From Chiloscyllium plagiosum (taxonomy: Eukaryota), in contig NC_057719.1 in the NCBI RefSeq assembly GCF_004010195.1, positions 80,116,709 through 80,180,708 of the forward strand: a stretch of 64,000 nt of DNA, written 5' to 3'. The notes under the pieces were generated by a model that saw nothing but the letters and a program-made list of their open reading frames with translations, searched no databases and was not told the DNA's origin. The translations under genes were made by a program, and so were the position numbers. Of the stretch, positions 61,301 to 64,000 are shown piece after piece (position 1 is the stretch's first letter; the number at the start of each line of letters is the position of its first letter).

Positions 61301-63419
61301 ATCAATGGTTTAAACAGTCAGCCTTGCTTTTGCTTTTTTTGGAAATCTAGCCAATTCTGTTTAGGGACTGCTCATTGCTCTTACAACAGAACCTCACTAA
61401 ACATTTTCTGACACATCTCGTTTTTCAGAGTAAAGGGAGGTGGAGAGAAGTGGTGGGTCAAGCTTAATGAACCCTTTCCGTCGAGGGTCAGTTTTCTTCA
61501 GAGAAAGCCCTGCAGGCAACCTCCCCTCCATATGGCGAACTGTTTCGCCCATCTGTTGTGTTCTGGTACACACACAAACACTGCAGGGTATAGCTAATGG
61601 ACCGATTCCATTTCCTAGTACTCTGTAAGAAACAGAGAAGAAAATAGCTTGTTCTGATAACTCATCATAGTGAAATCAGGTGAAACCTCTTTAATTAAAA
61701 TGCTTTTAAAAATGGTTTTGGTGGAAATACATACTGTAAGTAATGTTAGGACCACTAATGTGCTACGTATATATTAGATGTCAAAACAAAGGCCTGCAAC
61801 CAATGAAGACTGCTCATTTCTTTGTTTTTCTCAGCTGTGTCATCCTGAATACAACAGGATGAGAGTTACTCTACAGAATTCTGCTCAAATCCCATCTCGA
61901 ACATTGCTTTCACTCCTGGGCAGTAGACTTCAGAAAGGACATAATGGCTTTGAAAGAGGGGTGAATGGGCAGGTGCAGATTATCAGAATCAACTCAGGGT
62001 GAAAAGGGTAACTAAATTCAGTTTAGAATGCATCAATGTAAATGGATAAAGTATGATAAATAGCTGCAGGAGCAGACAAGTCCTGGCTCTATACAGGGCA
62101 GCACTGGGTACTAAATCTTTGGAGTGGGTTGCAGTGTTGATTAAGATAAATATTCCAATTGGGAAAAGACGAGATGCCCTGAAGGGATAGAAGCCTCACT
62201 ATAAATCCTGCTGCACACACCAGAAAGGCATCAGAAATAGTAGCACATATGCACTTGGTCCACAGTGCAGCTGCTGGTTACATGCTCCCAAAGGACATTA
62301 AAATAAGGGGGCCTGGCACATTTGTATGTTACAGTGTTGGATTGTCAATATCAAGTTGCCATCCGACTTGTGGGCGAATATGCACCAGCTGATATTCATT
62401 GCCTTATCAGAGATTTTCTGACGAGTCACTCCATTCCTTTCCAACAATCACTTGATAGCCCACAGCTTGTCACTCCTGAAAAGTAACACCAGGCAACAAT
62501 GCAGACATCAAACACAGAATCATACACTTTCTACTGCTCACAAAGAAAACTGCTCCATTGCTGCAATTTTAGACCATAAGACCTAGGAGTGGAAGTAAGG
62601 CCATTTGGCCCATCGATTCCACTCAGCCATTCAATCATAGCTGATGGGCATTTCAATTCGATTTACCTGCACTCTCCCCATAGCCCTTTTGAACCGTTCC
62701 GTTCAGGTTCTGACTTTGTGCAGGCACTTCCTGCGTGGTTAGGGTTAAAAAAAAATCCAGGTACCACCAAACCACTTGGGGACCACAGCAGGCCACGAAC
62801 TAGCAAGAGAGATAGAGAGGAACAGATTTCCGGGGAAATTACAGAGACGTGCAAGAGCTACAGAGAAGTGATAATAGGAAGTTTTAATGTTCCTAATATG
62901 GACTGGAATATTAATAGTCTGAAGGGTAGAGATGGGGAAGAGCATGTGGAGTGTGTTTAGTACCATTTTCTTGATCTGTATGGGCAGACGTTTTACTGTC
63001 TTACATTGACAGATTTTTAGACTGAGTTGGGGGCGGGTGGGGTCAAGGTCGGGGTGTGCATGCCTGTACAATTCTGCATAATCTACCCACTGTTTTCCCA
63101 CCTCATCTCGACTTGTGAGCAAAGAGGAAGGTGAGGCCTTGGGTGGCCTGTCCATGCCTGCCTAAACATAAGCTCTTTAACGGGTGATTAATTAATGACA
63201 ACTTGACATTCATTTCCTGCCAAGCCTCAATTTTGAGATCTTTCATTTGTTGCTCAATTTTGATAAGTTTTGTTAATGTTTTGTCTTTAGGCAGGAGATA
63301 CCTTTTCGCTTACAGATAAATAGAATTACCATTACACCATTTGTTAAATACTGTCAGGCCACCAACTAGTGGGAAAGGTATTTTGAGTAGCTTGAAAATT
63401 TTGAGCAGGCTAGGAATAC

Positions 63420-63900
63420 TGTGACAAACAACTCACCTCCTCACTTCCTCAAGCCTGTCCACCATCTGCAAGGCACAAGTCAGGAGTGTGATGGAATACT
63501 CCCCACTTGCCTGGATGGGTGCAGCTCCAAGAACACTCAGGAAGTTTGACACCATCCAGGACAAAGCAGCACGCTTGATTGACACCACATCCACAAGCAT
63601 CCACTCCCCCCACCACCGACGCTCAGTAGCAGCAGTGTACGCTATCTACAAGATGCACTGTGGAAATTCACCAAAGATCCTTAGACAGCATCTTCCAAAC
63701 CCACGACCACTTCCATCTAGAAGGACATGGGCAGCAGATACATGGGAATACCACTACCTCTAAGTTCTCCTCCAAGCCACTCACCATCCTGACTTAGAAA
63801 TATATCGGCATTCCTTCACTATCACTGGGTCAAAATCCAGGATTCCCTCCCTGAGGATTTTGTGGGTTAACTTACAAGATGTGAACTGCACTAGTTCAAG
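63420..63900 (+). mobile_element. Same second LINE family, ORF2 C-terminus
   Basis: MEYSPLAWMGAAPRTLRKFDTIQDKAARLI..HRRSVAAVYAIYKMH. Confidence 0.85.
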
Positions 63901-64000
63901 AAGTATTTGGAAAGGCAAAGACTGATTAGGGATAGTCAACATGGCTGTGTGCATGGGAAATCATGTCTCACAAACTTAATTGAGTTTTTTGAAGAAGTAA
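63901..64000 (+). mobile_element. Start of a CR1 RT-domain fragment running off the window
   Basis: IRDSQHGCVHGKSCLTNLIEFFEEV. Confidence 0.85.

Noticed and set aside
61429..61624. Plus-strand exon of a divergent neighbour (tttttcag|..|gtaaga)
   Set aside because: Splice-like signals only; no recognisable peptide or linked exons in the window.

Overview
Eukaryotic, repeat-rich vertebrate DNA. The repeat complement (HE1-type V-SINEs, Deu-domain SINEs, CR1 LINEs, Penelope-like elements) points to a cartilaginous fish, probably a shark (inference). The window holds one complete protein-coding gene on the minus strand, SUSD6 (KIAA0247/DRAGO). It has a probable non-coding exon 1 ending at 55435, five coding exons (47172-47274, 13145-13342, 9544-9682, 8869-9284, 6046-6071; 882 nt, 293 aa, GT-AG introns with consistent phases) and a probable ~3.6 kb 3' UTR. 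Nearly all other ORF-track entries are transposon remnants, microsatellite translations or noise. The most interesting signal is a set of minimal hammerhead-ribozyme cores (CUGAUGA-stem II-GAAA-NUH) at the ends of four sequence-distinct Penelope-type repeat families. Each keeps a self-complementary stem III (ACGU, AGCU, AAGCUU), several copies form short palindromic elements, and one near-intact copy lies in the SUSD6 pre-mRNA sense. The PLE-hammerhead link is known in principle; I cannot establish whether these families are described. Other points of interest are a strong-Kozak uORF, a NAGNAG acceptor, a candidate poison microexon, a duplicated 57-bp intronic motif and a Tigger-like MITE carrying a Penelope tail. 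There are two assembly gaps (16789-17073, 30140-30275). Repeat boundaries are read by eye and are approximate.
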